Shown here: positions 1-8,510 of the stretch, piece after piece
How positions within the stretch are numbered: the stretch's first letter is position 1
How the letters are laid out: each line of letters opens with the position of its first letter
Assembly (NCBI RefSeq): GCF_000746205.1
Contig: NZ_JQKV01000001.1
Span: forward strand, 143,652-167,651
Origin: Halorubrum sp. BV1
GTDB taxonomy: Archaea > Halobacteriota > Halobacteria > Halobacteriales > Haloferacaceae
Length of the DNA stretch: 24,000 nucleotides
Direction: 5' to 3'
Made by a program: the position numbers and the translations under genes
The notes under the pieces: model-generated
The model's database searches: none
What the model was told of the DNA's origin: nothing
The model's input: only the letters and a program-made list of their open reading frames with translations

Positions 1-501
1 AAGCGTTTGGCCCGCCTCGTAGCTCTCGGGTCGGAGGAAGTGCCAGTTTTCGGCGTCGGCGTCGACGCCCTGCTGGCCGGCGTACTCGCGGAGCACGTCG
101 GGCGTGTCGCGCTCGGGGTCGAACGTGAGCGCGAGAAGCGCGAGTTCGTCTCCGTACCCGCCCTCGGCGGCGGCCGCCTGCGCTCTGCGGAGTCGGAGGA
201 TGAGCGCCGGGCAGACGCCGTCGGGACAATTGGTGTAAAAGGAGGTCCACAGCACTGCGCGCTCGCCCTCGTAGTCCGCGACGGTGACGTCCTCGCCGGT
301 GATCGGGTCGGGGACGGTGACGTTCGGCATCTCGTCTCCGTAACTCGGGTGGGAGGCCTCGCTCAGGTCTTGCTCGGGAGGGCCGAGCACCGTTCCCTCG
401 GCTCCGGAGGACCCGAGCGCTCCGAGACAGCCGGCGGTCGCAGCGCTTGCGGCGACGCCGGCCGCACCGGCGACCGATCGAATGTAACTGCGGCGATCCA
501 T
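1..501 (-). CDS. SCO1/SenC-family copper/thiol-disulfide protein with Tat-lipoprotein signal; C-terminal part runs off the left window edge
   Basis: Absent from the ORF track because there is no stop in the window. Reverse-strand ATG at 501-499 gives MDRRSYIRSVAGAAGVAASAATAGC (twin-Arg motif plus AGC lipobox). It continues with FYTNCPDGVCP and TFDPERDTPDVLREYA, both SCO-family hallmarks. The frame stays open to position 1 (167 codons). Confidence 0.8.
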   Translation of the reverse strand, partial: MDRRSYIRSVAGAAGVAASAATAGCLGALGSSGAEGTVLGPPEQDLSEASHPSYGDEMPNVTVPDPITGEDVTVADYEGERAVLWTSFYTNCPDGVCPALILRLRRAQAAAAEGGYGDELALLALTFDPERDTPDVLREYAGQQGVDADAENWHFLRPESYEAGQTL

Positions 502-699
502 TGGGTACGTACAGGTTCGTGGACGCTCGTAAATGAACCTCGCGGCTGATCGCACGCGGTGAGCACGACCGATTTCGGCGGTCCACGCCTCTCGGTCGTG
601 TCAAACAACGCGTATCGAACGTGACGATCGGCCGCCACAGTCCGTGGTACCGTGACCCTCGCAAGGGTTATCCCCGAACGGGCAGTACGTTTGTTTGCA

Positions 700-906
700 A
701 TGGCAAACGGTAAGGTTGATTTCTTCAACGACACTGGCGGCTACGGTTTCATCTCGACTGACGACGGCGACCTCGACGACGACGAAGACGTGTTCTTCCA
801 CATGGAAGACGTCGGCGGCCCGGACCTCGAAGAGGGCCAGGAAGTGGAGTTCGACATCGAGTCCTCGCCCAAGGGACCCCGAGCGACGAACCTCGTCCGT
901 AACTAA
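700..906 (+). CDS. Cold-shock domain protein (CspA family)
   Basis: ATG at 700 gives MANGKVDFFNDTGGYGFISTDDG...VFFHMEDV, with RNP1-like GYGFI and RNP2-like VFFH motifs. The track ORF start at 652 is an upstream extension without homology. Confidence 0.92.
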   Translation: MANGKVDFFNDTGGYGFISTDDGDLDDDEDVFFHMEDVGGPDLEEGQEVEFDIESSPKGPRATNLVRN

Positions 907-1113
907 CTACCGGATCCCGGCGTCGCTCGACGCGATCGGCGACCGATTCCGATTTCTCACGTACTCTCCACACGACGAGTGACTTCTGTCGGCTCGCGGC
1001 CGCGACGACGCATTCTGTTTCGTCCCCGACAGCATGTGATCGTGTTCCGTCCTCGCCAGCATGCGGCCCGCCGCGATCGACCGTTTAAGTACGAGCGCGG
1101 TTGAGACTCCGAC

Positions 1114-1821
1114 GTGACCGATCCGATCCCGACCGGCTGCGGCCCGGTCGACGACCTGTTGGACGGCGGGTTCGAGCGCGGCGTCGTCACGCAGGTGTAC
1201 GGACCGCCCGCTGCGGGGAAGACCAACCTCGCGCTCGCGGCCGCGGTCGAGGTCGCGGCCGGCGGCGACCGCGCGCTCTACGTCGACACCGAGGGGCTCT
1301 CGATCGACCGGTTTGAGCAGGTGGCCTCGGGCCGGCTGGACCGTTCGGACACCGACGAGACGGTCGAGGAGATCGCTTCGCGGGTGATCATCACGGAGGC
1401 GTACGACTTCGACGACCAGCGCGAGGCGGTCCGCGACGCGGCGGAGCTCGCACCGGAGGTCGACTTGATCGTCGTCGACTCCGCTACCGGCTTCTACCGT
1501 CTCGAACGCGCCGACGACGTCGAGACGGGAGACTCGCTCCGAGCGGTGGCGAAACAGGTGACACACCTCCTCTCTCTGGCCCGCAGACACGACTTGGCCG
1601 TCGTGATCACGAATCAGGTGTTCAGCGATCCGGACAGCGACCGGGACCGCGCGCTCGGCGGCAACACGCTCAACCACTGGACAGGTGCGATCGTCCGCGT
1701 CGACCGCTTCAGAGGGGGGAACCGCCGGGCGACGCTGGAGAAACACCGGTCGAAGCCCGCCGGCGAGTCGGCGGCGTTCCAGATCGTGGCCGACGGCCTC
1801 GCCGAGGGGACCGACGCCTGA
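1114..1821 (+). CDS. radB: DNA repair and recombination protein RadB
   Basis: GTG start. Walker A GPPAAGKTNL, Walker B-like LIVVDSATGFYR, and a short RecA-core-only size (235 aa) typical of euryarchaeal RadB. Confidence 0.92.
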   Translation: MTDPIPTGCGPVDDLLDGGFERGVVTQVYGPPAAGKTNLALAAAVEVAAGGDRALYVDTEGLSIDRFEQVASGRLDRSDTDETVEEIASRVIITEAYDFDDQREAVRDAAELAPEVDLIVVDSATGFYRLERADDVETGDSLRAVAKQVTHLLSLARRHDLAVVITNQVFSDPDSDRDRALGGNTLNHWTGAIVRVDRFRGGNRRATLEKHRSKPAGESAAFQIVADGLAEGTDA

Positions 1822-1848
1822 TCGGCGATTCATACAACTCTGTTGTCA

Positions 1849-1860
1849 TTTTTGTGTTTT
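1849..1860 (+). terminator. Oligo-T tracts downstream of radB (archaeal-type termination signal)
   Basis: T5 (1849-1853) and T4 (1857-1860) lie about 30 nt after the radB stop, in an otherwise GC-rich context. Confidence 0.3.
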
Positions 1861-1872
1861 CGTTCGGACGTG

Positions 1873-1879
1873 AAATTTA
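1873..1879 (+). promoter_or_regulatory. TATA-like box for the protease gene (near-leaderless transcript)
   Basis: AAATTTA is centred about 30 nt upstream of the ATG at 1906. This spacing fits haloarchaeal TATA-to-TSS distance with a very short or absent leader. Confidence 0.35.
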
Positions 1880-1905
1880 ACCTCGCCGCGACCGGCTACT
1901 GATCA

Positions 1906-4900
1906 ATGAGCGATCGGAGGGACCGCGCACTGACCGTGGCTGTGGGTCTCGTCGTCGCGTGCGTCCTCGCCGCGGCCGTCACGCCGGCGGCGGTCGCGGC
2001 CGGCCTCGAACCGATCGGCGGCACGGATGTCGCCGCCGATGGGAACGGTATCGGGGCGGGAGCGGACGACTCGATCGGCGACGAGACGACCGCACCGTCC
2101 GTCTCACACCCGGCCGCCGTCGACGGGGGCTCGCGCACCGACCGGAACGCGATCGGACCTGGACTCCGGTCGGCGAACGGGACGGTGGAGGTCGTCGTGC
2201 GGTTCGAGGATACCGCACAGATCGAACGGAGCCGGGCGAACGGAGGGGCCGGCGTCTCGACGGCCGACCTCAAAACGAACGCCGATGGGGCGCAGGCCGA
2301 GTTCGACCGGTTCGCGGCTGGTAACGGTGCGATCTCGGTAGACCGGGACTTCTGGCTCGCGAACGCGAAGCTGGTCACGGTCGACACCGACCGCGTGCCG
2401 ATCGACCGGCTCCTCGACGTTCCCGGCGTCGAGCGCGTCCACGAGAACTTCCGCGTCGAACTCGACACCGCGGCGGCGAGCGCGGGGGATGGCGGGTCCG
2501 GACCCACGGCCGGATCGCTCGACTCGCCGACGCCGACCGCCCAGACCGTCTCCACCGCGTCGGTCGACGCGACCTACGGCGTCGAGATGGTTCGCGCGCC
2601 CGAGGTGTGGGCGGAGTTCGACACTCGGGGTGGGGGCACGACGGTCGCCGTACTCGACACGGGTGTCGACCCCGACCATCCGGACCTGACGGTGAGCGGG
2701 TGGGCGGAGATCGACGAGAACGGGAACGTGATCGAGAACGACGACGGCCCGTATGACCTGAACGGCCACGGGACGCACGTCGCAGGGACGGTCGCCGGTG
2801 GCAACGCGAGCGGGACCGCGATCGGCGTCGCTCCCAACGCGTCGGTTCACGCCATCAAGGTGTTTCCTGACGACGATCGATCGACGACGTTCACGCGCAT
2901 TCTCGGCGGCATGGAACATGCGACGCAAGATTCGGAGGTGGACGTGCTCCAAATGAGTCTCGGAGCCGACGGATACTACTCGGAGTTCATCGATCCGGTC
3001 AGGAACGCTCGGAGTACCGGAAAGGTCGTCGTTGCGTCGTCGGGGAACACCGACACCGAACCGTCGAGTACCCCCGGAAACGTATACGACTCTCTCGCTG
3101 TCGGAGCCGTCGATTCGAACCGCGACGTCGCCTCCTTTTCTGGCGGCGAACGGATCAATACGAGCGACACATGGGGGAGCGACGCTCCCGCAGAGTGGCC
3201 CGACGAGTACGTCGTACCGGACGTGACGGGACCCGGCGTCGGCGTGGACTCGGCCGAACCCGGCGGCACCTACGGAACGAAATCAGGCACTTCGATGGCT
3301 GCGCCACACGTCTCCGGCGCCGTCGCTCTGATGATCTCGGCGAGCACGCGAGACGTCGGTGACGACGAGCTGTACGACACCCTCCGGGACACGGCCGACC
3401 ACCCCTCGGACGCCACGGACCCGGACGCGGACTACGGGACCGGGATCGTCGACGCGTACGCCGCGGTGTCGGCGATCACGGAACCGGATTCGAACTTGAC
3501 GGTCACGAGCTTCGAGGCACCCGCGGAGACCGCGCCGGGAGCGACGATCGAGGCGACCGCGACAATCAACAACACCGGCCTCGATCCGGGGGCTGGGACC
3601 GTCGACTACCGGTTCAACGGCACCGCTGGCGACAATCGAACCGTCTCTCTCGACTCCGGCGAGGAGACAACGGTGTCGTTCGAGTACGTCGTCCCCACCG
3701 ACACGCCGACGAACGCGACGTACGAGCACGGCGTGTACACCGACGACTCGAACGCGACCGCCGCCGTCGACGTCGTCGACACGGCGTTTTACGAGGTGAC
3801 GAACGTCTCCGCGCCCGCGATAGTCGAGCGGAACGCGACGCTCGAAGCGACGGCGAACGCGACGAACTGGGGCGTGATCGCCGGCGACAACCGAACCGTC
3901 TCGCTCCGACTGACGGACCCCGAAAACGAGAGCGACACGCGAACGCTCGACGACGCAAACGTCTCGCTCAACTCGGGCGACGCCGCGAGCGTGACGCTGA
4001 ACGGGACCGTCCCGGACGCGTTCGGCACCGGCGTGACGACGCTGTCGATCGCCTCGCCGGACGACGAGACGGCGGCCGGGATCCGCGTCGCCGCGGCCGT
4101 CGGCACGGTGAACGGCACGGTCACCGACGAAGCGACGGACGCGACGCTCGCGGACGTCGACGTCGTCGTCCGGAATGGGACCGAGGTCGTCGGCGAGGCG
4201 AGCACCGACGCGGGCGGAACGTACGCGGTCAACGTGCCGGCAGCGGAGCTGAACGTCACGGCGAGCAACGCGACGTACGCACCGGCGACCGCGACCGTCA
4301 ATCTGAGCGGCTCCGGGGACACCGCGACAGCGAACCTTTCTCTCTCGCTCCGGAACGGCACGCTCGCGGGCGTCGTCGGTGCGACCGACGGGCTGTCGGG
4401 GCCGACGGACGCGATCGTAACGGTCCAAAATGAGACGAACGCGACTGTGTCGACGGCGACGGCGACCGACGACGGGGCGTACGAGACGACCCTCAGACCA
4501 GGGACGTATAGCCTCTCTGCGAACGCGACGGACTTCGCCTCGGCGAACGAGACGGACGTGGTGATCGAGCCGAACCGTACGACCTCCCAGCCGATCGAAC
4601 TCGATCCGCTGCCCGCCACGCTCTCCGGCACGGTAACCGCGGCGGATGGGGGCGAGCCGATCGCGGGCGCGACGGTGACTGCCGGGACGGCGTCCAACAC
4701 GACCGATTCCGGTGGGTCGTACTCGCTTGAAACGGATCGCGGCGAGTACCGCGTGACCGCGTCGGCCGACGGGTACGCGGACGAGCGGCGAACGATCTCG
4801 TTGCCGGCGAACCGCTCTGTGAGCGCGAACTTCGCGCTCTCGCTCCCGCCGGAGTTTGCCATTACCGAGTTCACCGGGCCGAGTGAGATCGAACGGGGCT

Positions 4901-5535
4901 CCAGCGGCGACTTCGCGGTCACGATCGAGAACGCCGGCGGATCGCGCGGGGACGTGACCGTCTCGCTCGCTGTCTCTCCGAGCGGAAGCTCACAGTCACG
5001 CACGTTCTCCGGCGTGCCAGCGGGCGAGAACCGGACGACGACGTTCTCGATCTCGGTTGCGGACGACGCCTCGACCGGCCAGTACGACGCGACCGCGTCG
5101 ACGCCCCACGACACGCGGACCCGTTCGTTCTCGGTCGTGAGCGGAGACGACGAGACGACGGCCGGTGGCGGCGGTGGCGGCGGTGGAGGCGGAGGCGGAG
5201 GCGGCGGAATCGCTCCCCCCACCACCGAAGAACCGGACGAGCCGGAGAACACCACCGCGAACGGGACGGCGGCCCCGGACGACCCCGGTCGAGACGCGTC
5301 CGAGAACACGCCGGCAGACGCCACCGACGGAGCGGACGGGACGGACGACTCGGCCGGGGGCGCAAGCGACAGCGACGGCGGAGCCGAAACCGAGAGCGGA
5401 TCTGGTGACGTGGACGGTGGGGGCGGGTCGGGTGGCGGAACGCCGACGACCGACGGGAGTGTCCCCGGGTTCGGTGGCGCGGTCGGCGTTACCGCACTGC
5501 TCGCGGCTGCGGTGCTCGCGAGGCGGGACGCGTGA
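1906..5535 (+). CDS. Secreted, cell-surface-anchored subtilisin-like serine protease (peptidase S8, halolysin-like) with CARDB-like and carboxypeptidase-regulatory-like Ig-fold repeats and a PGF-CTERM anchor
   Basis: N-terminal signal MSDRRDRALTVAVGLVVACVLAAAV. Catalytic triad motifs VAVLDTGVD, HGTHVAGTVAG and GTSMAAPHVSGA. Repeated beta-sandwich modules occur (for example GTVNGTVTDEATDATLADVDVVVRNG...GGTYAVNV and ATLSGTVTAADGGEPIAGATVTAG...GGSYSLE). A Gly15 run and an acidic Thr/Pro/Asp linker precede the C-terminal PGFGGAVGVTALLAAAVLARRDA. Confidence 0.93.
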   Translation: MSDRRDRALTVAVGLVVACVLAAAVTPAAVAAGLEPIGGTDVAADGNGIGAGADDSIGDETTAPSVSHPAAVDGGSRTDRNAIGPGLRSANGTVEVVVRFEDTAQIERSRANGGAGVSTADLKTNADGAQAEFDRFAAGNGAISVDRDFWLANAKLVTVDTDRVPIDRLLDVPGVERVHENFRVELDTAAASAGDGGSGPTAGSLDSPTPTAQTVSTASVDATYGVEMVRAPEVWAEFDTRGGGTTVAVLDTGVDPDHPDLTVSGWAEIDENGNVIENDDGPYDLNGHGTHVAGTVAGGNASGTAIGVAPNASVHAIKVFPDDDRSTTFTRILGGMEHATQDSEVDVLQMSLGADGYYSEFIDPVRNARSTGKVVVASSGNTDTEPSSTPGNVYDSLAVGAVDSNRDVASFSGGERINTSDTWGSDAPAEWPDEYVVPDVTGPGVGVDSAEPGGTYGTKSGTSMAAPHVSGAVALMISASTRDVGDDELYDTLRDTADHPSDATDPDADYGTGIVDAYAAVSAITEPDSNLTVTSFEAPAETAPGATIEATATINNTGLDPGAGTVDYRFNGTAGDNRTVSLDSGEETTVSFEYVVPTDTPTNATYEHGVYTDDSNATAAVDVVDTAFYEVTNVSAPAIVERNATLEATANATNWGVIAGDNRTVSLRLTDPENESDTRTLDDANVSLNSGDAASVTLNGTVPDAFGTGVTTLSIASPDDETAAGIRVAAAVGTVNGTVTDEATDATLADVDVVVRNGTEVVGEASTDAGGTYAVNVPAAELNVTASNATYAPATATVNLSGSGDTATANLSLSLRNGTLAGVVGATDGLSGPTDAIVTVQNETNATVSTATATDDGAYETTLRPGTYSLSANATDFASANETDVVIEPNRTTSQPIELDPLPATLSGTVTAADGGEPIAGATVTAGTASNTTDSGGSYSLETDRGEYRVTASADGYADERRTISLPANRSVSANFALSLPPEFAITEFTGPSEIERGSSGDFAVTIENAGGSRGDVTVSLAVSPSGSSQSRTFSGVPAGENRTTTFSISVADDASTGQYDATASTPHDTRTRSFSVVSGDDETTAGGGGGGGGGGGGGGGIAPPTTEEPDEPENTTANGTAAPDDPGRDASENTPADATDGADGTDDSAGGASDSDGGAETESGSGDVDGGGGSGGGTPTTDGSVPGFGGAVGVTALLAAAVLARRDA
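5164..5208 (+). repeat. Imperfect GGN triplet repeat encoding 15 consecutive glycines inside the protease gene
   Basis: Read directly: ggt ggc ggc ggt ggc ggc ggt gga ggc gga ggc gga ggc ggc gga. Confidence 0.9.
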
Positions 5536-5591
5536 TCGGTGCGAGCGCCGACAGACGTCGTCTCAAGCGCGACAAAACGGAGGGGTCCCGG

Positions 5592-6731
5592 CTACAACTC
5601 GCCGAGTTTGCGGAGGAGCTGCCCGCGGTACTCTTCGTCCGCGTTCACGCCTTTGATCTCTAAGACGTTCCGCTCCAGTTTGTCGAGCGCGACGTGGAAC
5701 GCGTGTTCCGCGCCGTATCCCTCACCGGAGCCGCCGACCTGGCCCTCGTTCGTCCGAAGCCGGATCTGACACTGGATGAGCGGCGTGCCACGGAGCTTCT
5801 CCTTGTGCGCGTGAAAGCGGACGTGCGCGTGGATGACCTGCATCGCGGCGTACTTGTCTGCGACCTGCTCGATGGACTCGACGATGTGTTCTCGGTTGGT
5901 CGTATCGAGCAACTCGACGTTGGTGATCTGCACGTCCATCGAGTCCTGCTCGGTGAACGTGAGCGCGCGCAGCACGTCGGTTTTGGTCACCATTCCGGCG
6001 ACGGTGTCGGCGTCGTCCGGCGTGACGACCAGCCCGGAGATGTCGTTGTCGAACATCCGCTCGACGACAGCCTGTGCGGTCTCGTCAGCGGTCGCCGTGA
6101 CGACTGGGCTCGACATGATGTCGTAGACGGGGATGTCGAGCATCCGGTCGATGTCGCCGGCGCGGTCGCCGCTGCCCTGTCGCTCCTGATCGCGGACGAC
6201 GAACTCGACGATGTCGTTCGTGGTGACGACGCCCGCGAGCCGTCCGTCCTCGTCGAGCGTCGGCAGCCGCGAGATCCCGTTCTCGCGGAGGCGGTTGATC
6301 GCGCTCCCGACGCTGTCTTTCTCGCTGATCCCGATCACGTCCTCGGTCGCGATCTGGGCGACGGTGATCGCATCGAGGCTGTCGATGACCGCCTCCAGGA
6401 TCTGGTCGACCGTGATGATCCCGTACAGCTTCTCGCCCTCGTACACGGGTGCGATCTTCACGTCTCCCTCGACGAGGAGTCGCGCCGTCTCGCGGACGTC
6501 CTCGTGTCGATCGACAGACGGGGCTGGCTTCATCACGGCCGACACCTTCGTGTCGTCTTCCATCCGCGAGCGCATGAGCTGTTTCTCGCCGACGACGCCC
6601 GCGTACTCGCCGTCTTCTACGACGACGATCCCTTTCGGATTCTCCCGCTCAAAGATAGAACGGACCTTTGCGAGCCGCTCATCGACCTCCACTTCGACGT
6701 ATTCCGGCGCTGCAATATCAACGATATCCAT
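5592..6731 (-). CDS. Four-CBS-domain protein with C-terminal HPF/RaiA (ribosome-associated inhibitor, S30AE)-like domain
   Basis: Start moved to the ATG at 6731 (MDIVDIAAPEYVEV). The first 96 codons of the track ORF are basic and overlap the HAD gene region. There are four CBS-like units (for example GVVGEKQLM, GIITVDQILEAV, GVVTTNDIVEFV, GMVTKTDVLRAL). The C-terminus, MDVQITNVELLDTTNREHIVESIEQVADKY...HAHVRFHAHKE...IQCQIRLRTNEGQVGGSGEGYGAEHAFHVALDKLERNVLEIKG, aligns by eye with E. coli HPF/YfiA. Confidence 0.85.
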   Translation of the reverse strand: MDIVDIAAPEYVEVEVDERLAKVRSIFERENPKGIVVVEDGEYAGVVGEKQLMRSRMEDDTKVSAVMKPAPSVDRHEDVRETARLLVEGDVKIAPVYEGEKLYGIITVDQILEAVIDSLDAITVAQIATEDVIGISEKDSVGSAINRLRENGISRLPTLDEDGRLAGVVTTNDIVEFVVRDQERQGSGDRAGDIDRMLDIPVYDIMSSPVVTATADETAQAVVERMFDNDISGLVVTPDDADTVAGMVTKTDVLRALTFTEQDSMDVQITNVELLDTTNREHIVESIEQVADKYAAMQVIHAHVRFHAHKEKLRGTPLIQCQIRLRTNEGQVGGSGEGYGAEHAFHVALDKLERNVLEIKGVNADEEYRGQLLRKLGEL

Positions 6732-6893
6732 GGTCCAGTTCGAAAGTTCGACCGGCCGGGTATTGAAAGTGCGGGAGTCGTCGCGTCGAGTGAGATACTC
6801 CCTCACGGGGCGATATTTCACCTCAGGCGGCCTCGAGCTGCGCGTACTCTCAATAGTGAAAGGTTTTTGCCCGTTACCGACGGACACGAGCGT
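6732..6893. promoter_or_regulatory. Divergent intergenic region between the CBS-HPF gene and the HAD hydrolase gene
   Basis: 162-bp gap between divergent starts. The A/T-rich element GAAAGGTTTTTG (6858-6869) lies about 25-35 nt upstream of the proposed GTG start at 6894. Confidence 0.3.
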
Positions 6894-7577
6894 GTGTACG
6901 ACGCCGTCGTCCTCGACAAGGACGGAGTGCTCGTCGGACGAACCTCGTTCGACACGCTCCGGGAGGCCGCGTGGGACGCGTTCGTAAGCGCCGGCGTCGA
7001 AGACCCGGATCTGGCTCACGTCGACGACGTCGCCGTTGGCGTCGACCCCGGGACGCTATCGACGATCTGTGAGCGGTACGGCCTCGATCCGACCGAATTC
7101 TGGCGTATCCGCGACGAGGTCGCGGCGGCGGCACAGATCGCCGCCGCGCGCAGCGGACAGAAGACCCCATACGAGGACGTCGACGCGCTTCGCTACCTCG
7201 ACGCCTCGCTCGGCGTCGTCTCCTCGAACCAGCAGGAGACGGTTGACGCCGTTCTCGACCACTTCGGACTGTCCGGCCGGTTCGAGGTCGCCTACGGTCG
7301 GGAACCGTCGATAGCGAGCCTCTCACGAAAGAAGCCGTCGCCGTACTATCTCGAACGTGCGCTCGACGCGCTCGACGCCGAGACGGCGATATTCGTCGGC
7401 GACAACGAGTCCGACATCCGCGCGGCCGACAACGCCGGCATCGACTCCGCGTTCATCCGTCGACCTCACCGGCGATCGACGGAACTCACCTGTCACCCGA
7501 CCTACGAGATCGACGACCTCCACGACCTCGTGAGCATCTGCGGACGGGCACCCGTGGATAACAGCCGCGAGGCGTAG
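6894..7577 (+). CDS. HAD-superfamily hydrolase (phosphatase-like)
   Basis: This is the C-terminal third of the 627-aa track ORF. The proposed GTG start gives MYDAVVLDKDGVL (HAD motif I DxDG), followed by VVSSNQ (motif II) and K...FVGDNESDIRAA (motifs III/IV). The upstream part of the track ORF is antisense to the CBS gene and was rejected. TTG at about 6865 is an alternative start. Confidence 0.85.
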   Translation: MYDAVVLDKDGVLVGRTSFDTLREAAWDAFVSAGVEDPDLAHVDDVAVGVDPGTLSTICERYGLDPTEFWRIRDEVAAAAQIAAARSGQKTPYEDVDALRYLDASLGVVSSNQQETVDAVLDHFGLSGRFEVAYGREPSIASLSRKKPSPYYLERALDALDAETAIFVGDNESDIRAADNAGIDSAFIRRPHRRSTELTCHPTYEIDDLHDLVSICGRAPVDNSREA

Positions 7578-7739
7578 GGTCGACCGTATCGGCATTGCTC
7601 GTCCACCGAGCCGCCTCGCGACACCGAATCGTCGCGCTCAGGCCGAACGGCCGCATTCCACGGTCTCGCGGGATACGTGTGTCGGTAGCCCTGCTCGGTA
7701 CTGCTAGCAGTACGGTTATTTCCGCCTGCCCCGTGGCGA

Positions 7740-8510
7740 ATGGTGATGTCAACGGATCCCAGTTCTGACCTCGACGAACAGGTAGCGATCGTGACCGGCG
7801 CGTCGTCCGGGATTGGCGAGGCCACGGCCGAAGCTCTGGCTTCCCGGGGCGCGAGCGTTGTCCTCGCTGCTCGTCGCGAGAACGAACTCGACGCGCTCGC
7901 CGACAACATCGAGGCGGACGGAGGGACTGCGCTGTCCGTCCCGACCGATGTCACAGCGGAAGATGACATCGACGCACTCGTCGAATCGACGCTCGACGCG
8001 TTCGGATCGATTGATATCCTCGTGAACAACGCGGGCGTGATGCTCTTGGAACCCGTCGAGCGCGCCGACCGCGAGAACTTCCGGCAGATGGTCGAAGTGA
8101 ACTTGCTGGGGTTGATGAACCTCACCCACGCCGCCCTTCCGGTGATGCAAGAACAGGGCGCTGGTCACATCGTCAACATTTCGTCGACGGCCGGTCGGAA
8201 CGCGAACGCGAACAGTTCCGGATACAACGCGACGAAGTTCGGGGTCAACGCGTTCACCGAAGCCCTTCGTCAGGAGGTTACCACCGAAGGCGTCCGAACG
8301 ACGATCATCGAACCGGGCGCGGTCGACACCGAACTCCCGGATCACATTCCGGACGACGAGATCAAAGAACAGCTCGAAGCGGGCCTGCTCGACTCGATGA
8401 CGCCGCTCCAGAGCGAGGATATCGCACGCGCGATCACGTACGCCGTGACCCAACCGCAGCACGTCAGCGTCAACGAGATGCTCGTCCGGCCGACAGACCA
8501 GCAACGTTGA
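7740..8510 (+). CDS. Short-chain dehydrogenase/reductase (SDR) family oxidoreductase
   Basis: Cofactor motif VAIVTGASSGIGEATA, NNAG, and the catalytic S...YNATK motif. ATG at 7746 is an alternative start. Confidence 0.92.
   Translation: MVMSTDPSSDLDEQVAIVTGASSGIGEATAEALASRGASVVLAARRENELDALADNIEADGGTALSVPTDVTAEDDIDALVESTLDAFGSIDILVNNAGVMLLEPVERADRENFRQMVEVNLLGLMNLTHAALPVMQEQGAGHIVNISSTAGRNANANSSGYNATKFGVNAFTEALRQEVTTEGVRTTIIEPGAVDTELPDHIPDDEIKEQLEAGLLDSMTPLQSEDIARAITYAVTQPQHVSVNEMLVRPTDQQR

Noticed and set aside
7-549. 180-aa plus-strand ORF at the left edge
   Set aside because: It is antisense to the SCO1/SenC reading frame, which has a Tat-lipoprotein signal and family motifs. The plus-frame product has no recognisable features.
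907-1833. 308-aa minus-strand ORF covering the radB locus
   Set aside because: It is antisense to a gene with clear RadB Walker motifs. Its translation is Arg/Pro/Val-rich and basic, without family motifs, which is the typical stop-poor antisense frame of high-GC DNA.
2104-5324. Several long minus-strand ORFs (2104-2952, 3283-4428, 3789-5324 and others) inside the protease gene
   Set aside because: All are antisense to a frame that carries the complete S8 catalytic triad and PGF-CTERM. Their products are low-complexity Arg/Ser/Pro/Val sequences, artefacts of high GC and the repetitive coding strand.
5694-6893. N-terminal two thirds of the 627-aa plus-strand ORF
   Set aside because: This part is antisense to the CBS-HPF gene and has no motifs. 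Only the last 227 codons or so, beginning at the HAD motif-I region, look genuine, so the CDS was trimmed to 6894-7577.
6732-7019. N-terminal 96-codon extension of the CBS protein ORF
   Set aside because: The extension is basic, overlaps the HAD gene start region and has no domain signal. The internal ATG at 6731 gives a sensible N-terminus directly before the first CBS unit.
7749-8504. 251-aa minus-strand ORF opposite the SDR gene
   Set aside because: It is antisense to a frame with the canonical TGxxxGIG, NNAG and YxxxK motifs. Its product is Arg-rich and motif-free.
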